Below are positions 42,195 through 51,965 of a stretch of 64,000 nucleotides of DNA, piece by piece. The stretch is taken from contig CAZWZY010000001.1 in assembly GCA_964638175.1 (NCBI GenBank), positions 62,257-126,256 on the forward strand. The letters run 5' to 3'. Each line of letters starts with the position of its first letter. The stretch's first letter is position 1. Position numbers and translations under genes: made by a program. The DNA is from an uncultured Thermoplasmatales archaeon (GTDB taxonomy: Archaea; Thermoplasmatota; E2; DHVEG-1). The notes beneath the pieces are model-generated. The model had not been told where the DNA came from. It did no database searches and saw nothing but the letters and a program-made list of their open reading frames with translations.

Positions 42195-42644
42195 ATGGTC
42201 TTTGAAATGCAGGTGGTGAGCAATACTCCATTGATTGGAGATGAAGATTTAGACAGTGTCGCAAAAAAATTTTTTGAGCAGATTGGCTACCTTTCACGGG
42301 GTTCTGACCCAGAGATACCCTACAAAATCTTTGCAGATTTTTTTCTGAAACGCCCCACAAAGGCGTGGCTTGTTGATGAGATTGCTGCAGAGCTAAAAAC
42401 ATCGCGGCCAACGGTCTATCGTCACCTGAACAAGCTTAAGGGGTTTGATATCCTTGAGGAAGTGCAAATCGTGGATGAAATTTCACAGCAACAAAAAAAA
42501 GCATACCGATTACGATACGGGAATATCCAAAAGGCATGGAATTTTGTCGAAGCGCATCTCAAAGTGGCCATCGAAAACTATGGGAAAACCGTAGAGCACA
42601 TACAAAAATTAATCGAGAATCAAAGGAAGGGTACACATGAATAA
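42195..42644 (+). CDS. Putative winged-HTH transcriptional regulator
   Basis: …LVDEIAAELKTSRPTVYRHLNKLKGF… HTH-like segment; the rest of the protein is unassigned. Confidence 0.4.
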   Translation: MVFEMQVVSNTPLIGDEDLDSVAKKFFEQIGYLSRGSDPEIPYKIFADFFLKRPTKAWLVDEIAAELKTSRPTVYRHLNKLKGFDILEEVQIVDEISQQQKKAYRLRYGNIQKAWNFVEAHLKVAIENYGKTVEHIQKLIENQRKGTHE

Positions 42645-42921
42645 AAAATTAGAGGTGGAGTTAACGGAGGGATCTGAATATAAAATCACTTCATTGGGTT
42701 CAAGAGATAGTTTATTTGAAACAGAAGGGACGTTCAAGGGATTTGTCTCTATCGGTATGGATGAAACGGGGCTCCTCATACAACTAAATTATAAGCATGG
42801 AGACATGGCAGGAAAGATGAGGATTATTCCGCTTCATGTGCTTCTAGCTATTGATGTGCTTGAAGCAAAACCAAATCAGAAGAAAGACGATAACAAAGAA
42901 ATGTCCCATTATGTTGGGTAA
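42637..42921 (+). CDS. Hypothetical 94-aa protein, overlaps the upstream gene by 8 nt
   Basis: ORF only; no recognisable motif. Confidence 0.35.
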   Translation: MNKKLEVELTEGSEYKITSLGSRDSLFETEGTFKGFVSIGMDETGLLIQLNYKHGDMAGKMRIIPLHVLLAIDVLEAKPNQKKDDNKEMSHYVG

Positions 42922-42998
42922 AACGCCTCTTTTGTCCGACGGGTAGTTTTATTTTATCACCAATTATTTATATTAGTTTCTCCTTATTAAAAAAGAGC

Positions 42999-43763
42999 AT
43001 GGCGAAACGTAAGAAGCCCATTATTAAACTCAAGAATGTAACGAAAAGGTATAATGAGTATGGGGTCAGTGTCACCGCCTTGGGTGGTGTCTCTCTAGAA
43101 ATTTATCGTGGTGAGTTTGTATCAATTATCGGAGCCTCTGGTTGCGGAAAATCGACCATGCTACACTGTATGGGTCTCTTGGATCGCCCATCCTCTGGGC
43201 AGGTTTTTATCGCAGGAAAAGATACAACAAAGATTAGTGGCAAAGAGATTGCCTTATTCCGTGGAGAGAGACTTGGTTTTGTGTTTCAAAATTATAATCT
43301 TATTCCTCGGTTGACTGTATTAGAAAATGTTGTACTTCCTGGATTGATTATGGAAAAAGATCCTGTCGCATTGGAAAAAAAAGCCCGTGTTCTTCTCAAA
43401 GAAGTGGGGATTGCTCATCGAACCGATCATAAAGGCATTCATCTCTCTGGCGGGGAACAACAAAAAGTTGCTATCGCACGGGCGTTGATTAATGATCCCG
43501 TGGTGGTGCTTGCTGACGAACCAACGGGGGCGTTAGATTCGGAAAGCAGTATGGAAATAATGAATCTTTTAGTGAAAATGAATAAAACGAAACATGCCAC
43601 CTTTGTTTTTGTTTCACATGATATGAATATTGCGAGTTACGGAAAGAGAACGATTGTACTTACTGATGGGAAGATTGTTGATGATACTAAAGGAAAAACA
43701 AATGCATTCGACCAAGTAGTTCAATGTCTAACAAATAACACCACAAATAACAGGAGAAAGTGA
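42999..43763 (+). CDS. ABC transporter ATP-binding protein (MacB/LolD-type)
   Basis: Walker [13 protein letters not shown] signature [15 protein letters not shown] and Walker B VVLADEPT. Confidence 0.9.
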   Translation: MAKRKKPIIKLKNVTKRYNEYGVSVTALGGVSLEIYRGEFVSIIGASGCGKSTMLHCMGLLDRPSSGQVFIAGKDTTKISGKEIALFRGERLGFVFQNYNLIPRLTVLENVVLPGLIMEKDPVALEKKARVLLKEVGIAHRTDHKGIHLSGGEQQKVAIARALINDPVVVLADEPTGALDSESSMEIMNLLVKMNKTKHATFVFVSHDMNIASYGKRTIVLTDGKIVDDTKGKTNAFDQVVQCLTNNTTNNRRK

Positions 43764-43767
43764 TAAG

Positions 43768-45201
43768 TTGGGTGTTAGTGGTAGGCTGGCAATTGGGGAG
43801 TTGCGGGAGCACAAACGGATCTATGCCATTATTGTTCTCGTTATTGCCTTAACAATGACTTCCTTTATGCTAGAAAACGCATATCTCAATTACATGATGC
43901 AAGTAGTTGATGACACCACAAAAATTATCACTTCTGATGCCATCGTAGTCGACCAAAGCTGCAATATCAGAGATCTCTATGGAACACAAAAAGAGTTACC
44001 AAACGCAGGGGCAATCGCTAAACATATAGAGAGGGGATTTAGCGGATATGAAACAAGCATACGAGTGACTGGACAGGGAACCTATGGGTTGGGAGCTAAG
44101 GGGGAAGCAGTTGATGCATGTACCCTGCAGGGCATCGATCCTTCTGATGATGTTGCCGATGTTGCAGAAAAGGTGGTAAAAGGAAGATTTTTTCAGAGTG
44201 ATGACCCCATATTACGAGGGCACACCCCATTGTATATTCACATCGAGGGCCCTGGGAATCTCCCTGATTTTACATACGGATCTGGACAACGATTACTGAA
44301 AGATGAGGAGCCTTACCCTATTATTGTTGGTGCAACCGCTACAAAAATTCATCCTTCTATCGATGTGGGAAAAACGATTCATCTCACCCTAAGCGTATCC
44401 GGCAGAGAGACAAGTTATGCTGGTGTGACAGTGAAAGTTATTGGATTGTATGAAAGTGGAACCCCCACCCTTGACGCATTGATGTGGTTCATGCACGCTG
44501 ATTCCTTGCGAGAGGTCAAAGGCTATGGGGAGACTACAGGTAATGATTGGTATATACCTGGTGTTGGGACCTTTAAGGGTTTCAAGCCGATCACTGTTGA
44601 TAAAGATCGTGGAGATGCTATATTGGTAAAAGCACCAGAGTCGTTTCATCAATTAAATCCTGTTGGTCATTCCGAACATGTGCGAGAGAAGATCGGTGAT
44701 CTTGTGGCGCCTCAGCAGGCGTTTAGTTGGCATGATTTTCTCGTGTACATCGCCGGCTCAATGCAGGATGTGGTCACAATTATGCTGTGGGGGAGTATTG
44801 CTGTGACCCTTTTTCTCTGCGGAGCTGCTATCAAATATGTCATGGATTCTATTGTTCTCCGTAAAACAAGAGAAATAGGATCGTTAAAGGCCTTTGGCGC
44901 TCGTGATCGGGTCATTTTCAAGATATTCCTTTACCAAGGAATCATAATTGGTTGCGTAGCTGGGTTGCTAGGTATCGTTCTTTCAGTTATTGTCATGAAT
45001 TTGGTAAATTGGTATGGTATCCGTGTAGAATTTATCGCAGGGACTCAATTAAATATTGGATTTATTGTCAATTGGTTTACGGTGCTAGTTGCGATGTTGC
45101 TTCCAGTTTCCTTATCTGTTTTGGCTGCTGCTATCCCCGCGAAAAAAGCATCATTACTTTCCCCTGTTGAAGCATTACGAAAGGGGGAACTCTCCTTATA
45201 A
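43768..45201 (+). CDS. ABC transporter permease, FtsX/MacB-type with a large extracytoplasmic domain
   Basis: N-terminal TM, ~300-aa extracytoplasmic domain and a C-terminal 3-TM FtsX-like bundle. TTG start 5 nt after the ATPase stop. Confidence 0.75.
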   Translation: MGVSGRLAIGELREHKRIYAIIVLVIALTMTSFMLENAYLNYMMQVVDDTTKIITSDAIVVDQSCNIRDLYGTQKELPNAGAIAKHIERGFSGYETSIRVTGQGTYGLGAKGEAVDACTLQGIDPSDDVADVAEKVVKGRFFQSDDPILRGHTPLYIHIEGPGNLPDFTYGSGQRLLKDEEPYPIIVGATATKIHPSIDVGKTIHLTLSVSGRETSYAGVTVKVIGLYESGTPTLDALMWFMHADSLREVKGYGETTGNDWYIPGVGTFKGFKPITVDKDRGDAILVKAPESFHQLNPVGHSEHVREKIGDLVAPQQAFSWHDFLVYIAGSMQDVVTIMLWGSIAVTLFLCGAAIKYVMDSIVLRKTREIGSLKAFGARDRVIFKIFLYQGIIIGCVAGLLGIVLSVIVMNLVNWYGIRVEFIAGTQLNIGFIVNWFTVLVAMLLPVSLSVLAAAIPAKKASLLSPVEALRKGELSL

Positions 45202-45331
45202 AAACCATAAAGTATTAATATGATTTCTTTGTTTGCAAGCCTCTGCTATTTTGACAAAATGTCACGGCAGCTTTAAATATAATCAAAAACTAACATACAA
45301 TCTACTGGCGAATATACAAGACGAGAGGATG

Positions 45332-46120
45332 TGGATGAGCTGGATGTTTCGTATAAATAAGGAGGTTTCACAATCTTGTTCTTCTACTCGGTTTATCGAA
45401 TTAGATGTGCTTAGAGGATTTGCCATCGTGGGCATGGTTTTACTTCATCTTCTTTGGGATTTAGATTATTTTCATCTTCTACCCCTGAACAGAAATCTGT
45501 ACCAAATACAGCCTGCCATACCTGCGTTGTTCTTCATATTAGTTGGTGTGTGTCTCATTGTTAGTAAAAATAAAAAATACCACCAGACAAGACAAGAAGA
45601 AGATCAATATCACAAACACCTCGTTTTGCGGGGATTGAAAATCTTTAGCCTCGGAATGGTTATCACGGCAGTGACTTTGTTGGTTATGCCCGGGAGGCCC
45701 GTTGTCTTTGGTATATTGCATTGTATTGGCTTATCGATTGTGTTAAGTGTTCCTTTTCTCAGATTTAAATCTATAAACTTTGTGTTTGCGGCTGTCATTG
45801 TATCAGCAGGTTTTGCTATGGGGCTATTCACTATAGAAAACCCAACGGCTTTGCATCTGGCCTTTGGCATTCACCAGGCAAATGTATGGCAGCATACCAT
45901 CGATTATTTTCCTTTGCTTCCATGGTTTGGTGTTTGCTTATTTGGTATTGCTTTGGGGAATGTTCTCTATAAAGACAATAAGCGACAATTTCCCGTTCCT
46001 GATCTATCTCGGTTCGCCCCTATGCGGGCGTGTTCATGGTTAGGAAGACATTCCCTTGCCATCTACCTGCTGCACCAACCAGTTATTGCCGGTGTACTTT
46101 CGGTATATCTTATTTTATAG
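45332..46120 (+). CDS. DUF1624-type (HGSNAT-like) integral membrane acyltransferase-fold protein
   Basis: …RFIELDVLRGFAIVGMVLLHL… start motif plus multiple TM helices. The start codon is uncertain; the track ORF begins at 45233. Confidence 0.5.
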   Translation, partial: WMSWMFRINKEVSQSCSSTRFIELDVLRGFAIVGMVLLHLLWDLDYFHLLPLNRNLYQIQPAIPALFFILVGVCLIVSKNKKYHQTRQEEDQYHKHLVLRGLKIFSLGMVITAVTLLVMPGRPVVFGILHCIGLSIVLSVPFLRFKSINFVFAAVIVSAGFAMGLFTIENPTALHLAFGIHQANVWQHTIDYFPLLPWFGVCLFGIALGNVLYKDNKRQFPVPDLSRFAPMRACSWLGRHSLAIYLLHQPVIAGVLSVYLIL

Positions 46121-46161
46121 ATTTATAAAGTCTGCTAATATGGTGTTTGTTTTCGTGTGTT

Positions 46162-46873
46162 GGTGGTTGTCAACTTTAGCACCTCGTTAAGTGATACATG
46201 CTTACAAAACAGTTCAACCAACTCTGCACAGTCCCAATTTTTGTATTATAAGGCCAATTCCGATAAAACCGTTTTATCCTATGTTTCAATAAGAAAAACC
46301 ACTGTTCTATCGGATTGCGCAAACCGAAAGTGATATGTTCCCATTCAACACCCAAACGTTGTAGTGCTGGTTTATACCAAGGACCACCATCAACCAATAT
46401 CTTTGGTTGATTAACACATTTTTTAAGGATATATTTTAAGAAACTATATGCTTCTATAGATGCACGACCACGTGTTACCCATATACCTAGTACTTCCCAG
46501 TTTGTTGTATCTATTGCAGCCCAGACAATATAGAGTTTTCCATTGATCTTTAGTTTGGTTTCATCAACTGCAACAACGGGTCTGTAGGTTTTACCTACTG
46601 AGAATATGGTATCAACTCTGTGATACCATTTACGAATACTTTCATGACTGATATCTTCAAAACCAGAGAGTATATTTTTACATTGTCTAAGAGAAAGCCC
46701 GTAATGATACATCAGTCTTCCAAGTGCTCTGGTCTTTCTTTGTTTTCGGTTTCGTACAAAAATATTTCTAGCTTCTAACAATTCCTCTAAGTGTGATAGC
46801 ATCCCATCCATTTGTTTTCACCAAAAAACAAGGATGGTTGCTATCATATTAAATTCTTAAGTTGACAACCACG
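46162..46873 (-). mobile_element. IS6-family-like insertion sequence (~710 bp) with 14-bp perfect terminal inverted repeats
   Basis: GTGGTTGTCAACTT at 46163-46176 and its reverse complement AAGTTGACAACCAC at 46859-46872 bracket a single DDE transposase gene. Confidence 0.7.
46176..46811 (-). CDS. IS6-family DDE transposase
   Basis: …VAVDETKLKINGKLYIVWAAID…ILVDGGPWY…NPIEQWF… fits the IS6-family D, D and E blocks. Confidence 0.8.
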   Translation of the reverse strand: MDGMLSHLEELLEARNIFVRNRKQRKTRALGRLMYHYGLSLRQCKNILSGFEDISHESIRKWYHRVDTIFSVGKTYRPVVAVDETKLKINGKLYIVWAAIDTTNWEVLGIWVTRGRASIEAYSFLKYILKKCVNQPKILVDGGPWYKPALQRLGVEWEHITFGLRNPIEQWFFLLKHRIKRFYRNWPYNTKIGTVQSWLNCFVSMYHLTRC

Positions 46874-47083
46874 TTGAATAATTCTAAAACTTTATGTATG
46901 CAAAAATCATTACCCTGTTTGTTGGGGGAATTGGCTAAAATTGATGGGCCTTCCATTACTAACTCGATTCCTCGATAAATTGGTACTTTGAGTGTGAGGG
47001 GAACCAAAAGATACCATTTACTGAGAGTAGGTGTCCGATTCCCCCTTCCACCAAAAGTTTTTTAAAAACCATGCGTAAAACGT

Positions 47084-48262
47084 TTATATGAGGCGAGATT
47101 GGCCTCGAACTTTATAATGTGCAAGTTCTTTGAATACTTCGTCTTCCTGTAAGATATTCATAATTTCCTCCGAAGAGGAGGATATTTTAATCTCTCGTGT
47201 TCGGCCGTATCTTCCCTTTGAAATAACACGTGCGGTGATAACTCCGAGCATGTCTAATTCAGAGACAAGGTCTGTAACCCTGCGCTGTGTTAATGTATCG
47301 GTTCGTGTTTTTTTGCATAGATCTTTGTATACCTCATATACCTCCCCCGTAGTGATTGCTCCTGCGATTTCTGCCTTTTTATTGTGTTTATCTTGCAACA
47401 GAATTGCAAAGAGAATGAGTTTTGATTGGGTTGGCAACGTTCTAACAACTTCAATAATACGATCAATTTCGATTTTGTTTTGGGCAAGTTTAACATACTT
47501 TTTAGTGATTTTTGGTGCTCCGTTTCGTTCTGCAAGTTCAGCAGATATCCGTAAGAGATCCAGTGCACGCCGGGCATCTCCGTGTTCTTGTGCGGCAAGC
47601 GCAGAACAAAGGGGAACGACATCATCATCGATGCTGCCTGGTTTGAGCGCAATATTAATTCGTTGTTTTAAAATATCTTGCAGTTCCCCGGCGTCATAGG
47701 GGGGGAAAATCATGTTTTCTTCGCCAAGACTGGATTTAACGCGTGGGTCAAGAAATTCGGTGAACTTAAGATCATTCGAAATACCGACGATAGATACTTT
47801 AGCGTTTGAAAGATTGCTATTTATACGAGAGAGATTGTAGAGTGCTTCGTCCCCTTTGAGCTTGTCAACCTCGTCAAGAATAATAACCGTTACACCACCA
47901 GCCCGGTCTATTGCTTCTCGTAACTTTGCATAAACCTCATCGGTTGGCCAACCAGTAAAGGGAATACGCTCAGACCACTCACTGATAAAATGATTGGCGA
48001 TGTTTTGAAGAAGGCGGTATTGAGTATCGACAACTTCACAGTTTATATAGATAAAATTTACATGTTTTCCAGTTTCTGTTCCTTTTCTCAAGAGTTCTTT
48101 GCCTACGAATTTAGTGACCGCGGTTTTTCCTGTCCCTGTTTTTCCATAAATAAAAACATTTGATGGTGTTTCGCCTCGCAACGCGGTGACAAGAACCGAG
48201 GCGAGGTCATTAATTTCCCTTCCTCTGTGCGGCAGTATTTCTGGCATGTAGGTAGGGCGCAT
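47084..48262 (-). CDS. cdc6: Orc1/Cdc6 replication initiator
   Basis: AAA+ motifs (Walker A GKTGTGKT, Walker B IILDEVD) and a C-terminal winged helix. Confidence 0.95.
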   Translation of the reverse strand: MRPTYMPEILPHRGREINDLASVLVTALRGETPSNVFIYGKTGTGKTAVTKFVGKELLRKGTETGKHVNFIYINCEVVDTQYRLLQNIANHFISEWSERIPFTGWPTDEVYAKLREAIDRAGGVTVIILDEVDKLKGDEALYNLSRINSNLSNAKVSIVGISNDLKFTEFLDPRVKSSLGEENMIFPPYDAGELQDILKQRINIALKPGSIDDDVVPLCSALAAQEHGDARRALDLLRISAELAERNGAPKITKKYVKLAQNKIEIDRIIEVVRTLPTQSKLILFAILLQDKHNKKAEIAGAITTGEVYEVYKDLCKKTRTDTLTQRRVTDLVSELDMLGVITARVISKGRYGRTREIKISSSSEEIMNILQEDEVFKELAHYKVRGQSRLI

Positions 48263-48434
48263 TGCCTCCCTATTAGTAAAAAGTCCTTCTGACTTCAGTA
48301 GTCTACCAAAAATATCACTGTTTACTGTATTTTTGTTCGTAAAATGTTCCTCCGGGGGCCTTCATAATCAACGACGCCATATTAAAAAGTTGTGTATTAA
48401 TTTTCTCCTTATTCCCTCCTGTTCAAAAAGGAAA

Positions 48435-48460
48435 GGGGGAGGCCTTTGTTTCCTATGGAA
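48435..48460 (-). promoter_or_regulatory. Origin recognition box (ORB) element 1
   Basis: Reverse complement TTCCATAGGAAACAAAGGCCTCCCCC has a TTCC-N3-GGAAAC dyad plus a G/C string, as in archaeal ORBs. Confidence 0.6.
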
Positions 48461-48608
48461 GTTGTAACATTCCATATATTCATCTTATAATTTTTCTATA
48501 TTTATAATTTTAAAAATCGAATTATTGAAATACTACTAAAAACATAAAGTTCTGGAGATACTCACGTCATACTTCTAATATCACTTTCTACCACTCCCTC
48601 CTTTTATG
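48461..48608. promoter_or_regulatory. AT-rich candidate duplex-unwinding element between the two ORBs
   Basis: ~148 bp, very AT-rich (…tataatttttctatatttataattttaaaaatcgaattattgaaatactactaaaaacataaag…). Confidence 0.5.
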
Positions 48609-48634
48609 TTCCATAGGAAACAAAGGGGTCCCCC
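48609..48634 (+). promoter_or_regulatory. Origin recognition box (ORB) element 2, inverted relative to element 1
   Basis: TTCCATAGGAAACAAAGGGGTCCCCC shares an 18-nt perfect match with ORB1 in inverted orientation. Confidence 0.6.
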
Positions 48635-48639
48635 ACCAA

Positions 48640-48689
48640 AAATAATCACATTTAAAAAATCACATAACACAGGTTATCTATGACCTGTG
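48640..48689 (-). terminator. Hairpin plus T-tract downstream of the PRC-barrel/cdc48 transcription unit
   Basis: cacaggt-N8-acctgtg inverted repeat at 48668-48689, followed on the minus strand by a T-run. Confidence 0.35.
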
Positions 48690-48711
48690 TCTCTGTGTTC
48701 CTGTTAGTTAT

Positions 48712-48948
48712 TTAACTACCGATGATGATAACATCTTTTACTGATTTTATTGAACCAAATGAAAACAGCAAGTGCCCCCGCTCATCTAAATGATAAAGCC
48801 GAGGATCAACATCATCTGACGGCTCAACAAGGATATTCTCTAATTCTCCTGTTTTACTGTCGACGGTTGAATTACGTAATATGCCTAAGTACAATCCCTC
48901 TTCGCTCATTACTGATTTCCCTCTCAGTTCATTTTCAAGGATCTTCAT
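48712..48948 (-). CDS. PRC-barrel domain protein (78 aa)
   Basis: …LRGKSVMSEEGLYLGILRNSTVDSKTGELENILVE… fits the small archaeal PRC-barrel pattern. Confidence 0.5.
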   Translation of the reverse strand: MKILENELRGKSVMSEEGLYLGILRNSTVDSKTGELENILVEPSDDVDPRLYHLDERGHLLFSFGSIKSVKDVIIIGS

Positions 48949-48975
48949 TCTTTCCCTCCTTTTTATTATATATCC

Positions 48976-51186
48976 TTATAAATATTGAATATCTTTTTCG
49001 CTTTTATCCTTTTTGGCGATCCCGCTCCCCAACCCTTTGGACATTTTTGCGTAGAAATCCATAATTTCTGGTGTGAGGGAAGGATGGACACTATTCATTG
49101 CGGTGTCAAAATCTTGTTTTGTAACCTTTTTCGTTTTTTCGTTTTTTCTAACGGCAATCATTGCTGCCTCCCGGCATAACGCTTCTATATCAGCACCGGA
49201 ATAGTTATCACAAATTTTTGCTAGTTCTTTGATGTCAACGTCTTTATCAAGAGGCATTTCTTTGGTATGAATCTTAAATATTTCATGACGTGCCTTTTTG
49301 TCGGGGGCTGGAGTCAATATCAAACGATCAAATCGTCCTGGGCGCAACAAACCCTGATCTATAATGTCAGGTCTGTTTGTTGCTCCTATGACGATGACGC
49401 CCGTCATGCTTTCTAACCCATCGATACTGGTTAGCATTTGGTTAACAACACTGTCGGTAACATGCGACCCGCTGTAGGCCCCCCTCTTGGGGGCAATGGC
49501 ATCTAGTTCATCCAAAAAGACAATTGTGGGTGCGACTTGCCGAGCTTTTTTAAACAATTCGCGAACTGCCTTTTCACTTTCGCCAACCCACTTACTCATT
49601 ACTTCTGGGCCTTTTATAGAGATGAAGTTAGCTTTTGACTCATGCGCGACTGCTTTTGCAAGCAACGTTTTTCCCGTTCCGGGCGGGCCATAGAGAAGTA
49701 TGCCTCGGGGCGCTTGGATGCCCATTCGTTTGAACACCTCAGGCTTTGTTAGAGGCCATTCTACTGCCTCTCGTAAGTTTTGTTTTACATCTTCAAGACC
49801 CCCCACCTGCTCCCAAGTAATTTTTGGCACCTCAACAAAGAACTCTCTCATAGCAGATGGTTCTATCCCCCGATGTGCGTTTTCAAAGTCTTCTTTTGTT
49901 ACTTCCATTTTTTCAAGGACGTCTACTGGAATGGGTTTTTCTAGGTCGATTTCTGGGAGATATCTTCTAAGTGCATTCATGGCAGCTTCACGAGCAAGTG
50001 CCGCAAGATCAGCACCAACAAAACCATATGTTATGTCTGCCAGTTCATCTAAATTGCAATCGTCGCTCAGAGGCATCCCTCTGGTATGGATTTGTAAAAT
50101 TTCCTTCCTTCCTTTGCGGTCGGGTACTCCAATTCTAATCTCTCTATCAAATCTTCCTGGTCTTCGCAGCGCAGGGTCAACAGCATCAGGGATGTTAGTG
50201 GCCCCGATAACTATAAGTTTGCCTCTTCCCTTCAGACCATCCATCAAGGTCAGCATTTGGGAAACGACACGACGTTCAACCTCTCCATGGACTTCACTTC
50301 GCTTTGGAGCTATTGCATCAATTTCGTCGATGAAAATAATGGAGGGTGCATTTTTCTCAGCCTCCTCAAATATTTTCCGCAGATTCTCTTCTGATTGCCC
50401 ATAAAATTTACTCATGATTTCAGGACCATTGATTGTATAGAAATTCGCACCAGATTCATTGGCGACTGCTTTTGCAATTAGCGTCTTACCTGTTCCGGGG
50501 GGGCCATGTAACAAAACTCCTTTTGGAGGATCAATTCCTAAACGATCAAAAATATTAGGGTGCTTGATAGGCAGCTGAATCATTTCCTTTACTCGTTCAA
50601 GTTCTTCTTTGAGTCCCCCGATGTCTTCATAACTTACCCGTGGCCCTTCAACTTCTGTTGTTTGTACTGCTTCTTCCTTTACTTTGATAATTGTTTCTTC
50701 TCCTATCGAAACAATGCCTGACGGAACGGTGTTAGTGATAAGAAAGGGAAGAGCACTACCAAACAGCGCAATACCTGGAATGATGACACTATCGCCTTTC
50801 GTCAGCGGGCGCTTTAGCAGTCCTTTTTTTATGAGGACATCAATACCACTGCCGAACTGAATTTGTTGTCCTTTTGAGATTAGTGGAGCAAGGGTTACTT
50901 CACGAGCACTTTTTACTTCAGCGCCTCGTATTTTCACCCGATCTCCCAGACCAATGCCTGCATTTTTTCTTGTTAAATTGTCGATTCGAATAATCTGTTT
51001 TCCTTCATCAGTAGGATGTGCTCTCCATACTACTGCAGAGGTGGTTTTTGTACCCTCAATTTCTATAACATCTCCTATAGATAAATCTAAATCAATTCTT
51101 GCTTGGTGATCAATACGAGCTCGCCCATAACCAACATCTTGCTGGAATGCTTCAGATACTTTGAGTATTATTTCCTTTTGTTTCAT
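48976..51186 (-). CDS. cdc48: Cdc48/VCP-type AAA+ ATPase
   Basis: N domain plus two AAA modules, each with GPPGTGKT Walker A and DEID/DELD Walker B. Confidence 0.95.
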   Translation of the reverse strand: MKQKEIILKVSEAFQQDVGYGRARIDHQARIDLDLSIGDVIEIEGTKTTSAVVWRAHPTDEGKQIIRIDNLTRKNAGIGLGDRVKIRGAEVKSAREVTLAPLISKGQQIQFGSGIDVLIKKGLLKRPLTKGDSVIIPGIALFGSALPFLITNTVPSGIVSIGEETIIKVKEEAVQTTEVEGPRVSYEDIGGLKEELERVKEMIQLPIKHPNIFDRLGIDPPKGVLLHGPPGTGKTLIAKAVANESGANFYTINGPEIMSKFYGQSEENLRKIFEEAEKNAPSIIFIDEIDAIAPKRSEVHGEVERRVVSQMLTLMDGLKGRGKLIVIGATNIPDAVDPALRRPGRFDREIRIGVPDRKGRKEILQIHTRGMPLSDDCNLDELADITYGFVGADLAALAREAAMNALRRYLPEIDLEKPIPVDVLEKMEVTKEDFENAHRGIEPSAMREFFVEVPKITWEQVGGLEDVKQNLREAVEWPLTKPEVFKRMGIQAPRGILLYGPPGTGKTLLAKAVAHESKANFISIKGPEVMSKWVGESEKAVRELFKKARQVAPTIVFLDELDAIAPKRGAYSGSHVTDSVVNQMLTSIDGLESMTGVIVIGATNRPDIIDQGLLRPGRFDRLILTPAPDKKARHEIFKIHTKEMPLDKDVDIKELAKICDNYSGADIEALCREAAMIAVRKNEKTKKVTKQDFDTAMNSVHPSLTPEIMDFYAKMSKGLGSGIAKKDKSEKDIQYL

Positions 51187-51311
51187 ATGCTCCCACCAAA
51201 TAGAATAGAGATGATTTTAGCAAGAAGAAAGACTCTCATATAAATGTTTCTATATATAAATAAGATAAGATATATTTAAATAATGATATAATTATATACT
51301 CTGGAAGGGCA

Positions 51312-51965
51312 ATGGACCTAAAATATTATTCCCTATTCCTTTCCATCGTTGGCATTCTTATTTTGTATGGTTTGTCCCTGCTCGCTCAACCAACCGTCGT
51401 AACACTTGCAGAGCTTCCGCACTACGAAGGAAAACAGGTTATTACTAAGGGGATTGTTGTCGAAAAGTATCAAACAAAATACGATAGCAACCTCATTGTA
51501 TTGAAAGAAAACAACACTACTGCAACAGTCTTTGTGGAAGGGACGCTCTCTTTTGTTATAGAATATGGCGATCTTCTTCAGGCAGAAGGGACAGTACAAC
51601 AATATAAAAATGAATGGGAGGTCGTTGTCGATGACGAAAAACAAGTAACCCTTCTTAAAAAGTGGCAAAACACCTCATTTCCTCTTTGGCAACTTGCAGA
51701 AGATCCAGAACGATATAAGGATACAAACGTCAATGTTACCGGTTATGTGGATGTTATTTATGACACCTATTTTTATCTCATAGACGAAGGAGAATTACAC
51801 TCCCTTGTTGTTTTTTGTACGACGACACAATATGACGCCCTTTTTCCAGGTGAGAAGGTCAGTGTTGCTGCCACCTTTCTCTTTGATGAACGCACTTTCC
51901 GTTATGGGCTAGATATTAACAAAGACGCTCATGGCATTACATCTATTAAAGGGGAGGATATATGA
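51312..51965 (+). CDS. Membrane-anchored protein with tandem OB-fold (BOF/YgiW-like) domains
   Basis: N-terminal TM (LFLSIVGILILYGLSLLA) then two …G.V…vidD….G…V… OB-like segments. Overlaps the downstream TctA-like gene by 4 nt. Confidence 0.4.
   Translation: MDLKYYSLFLSIVGILILYGLSLLAQPTVVTLAELPHYEGKQVITKGIVVEKYQTKYDSNLIVLKENNTTATVFVEGTLSFVIEYGDLLQAEGTVQQYKNEWEVVVDDEKQVTLLKKWQNTSFPLWQLAEDPERYKDTNVNVTGYVDVIYDTYFYLIDEGELHSLVVFCTTTQYDALFPGEKVSVAATFLFDERTFRYGLDINKDAHGITSIKGEDI

Noticed and set aside
46150-46880. Target-site duplication flanking the IS element
   Set aside because: The flanks (…cgtgtgttg | … | gttgaataa…) share only a 4-nt GTTG, which is too short to call the 8-bp duplication expected for IS6.
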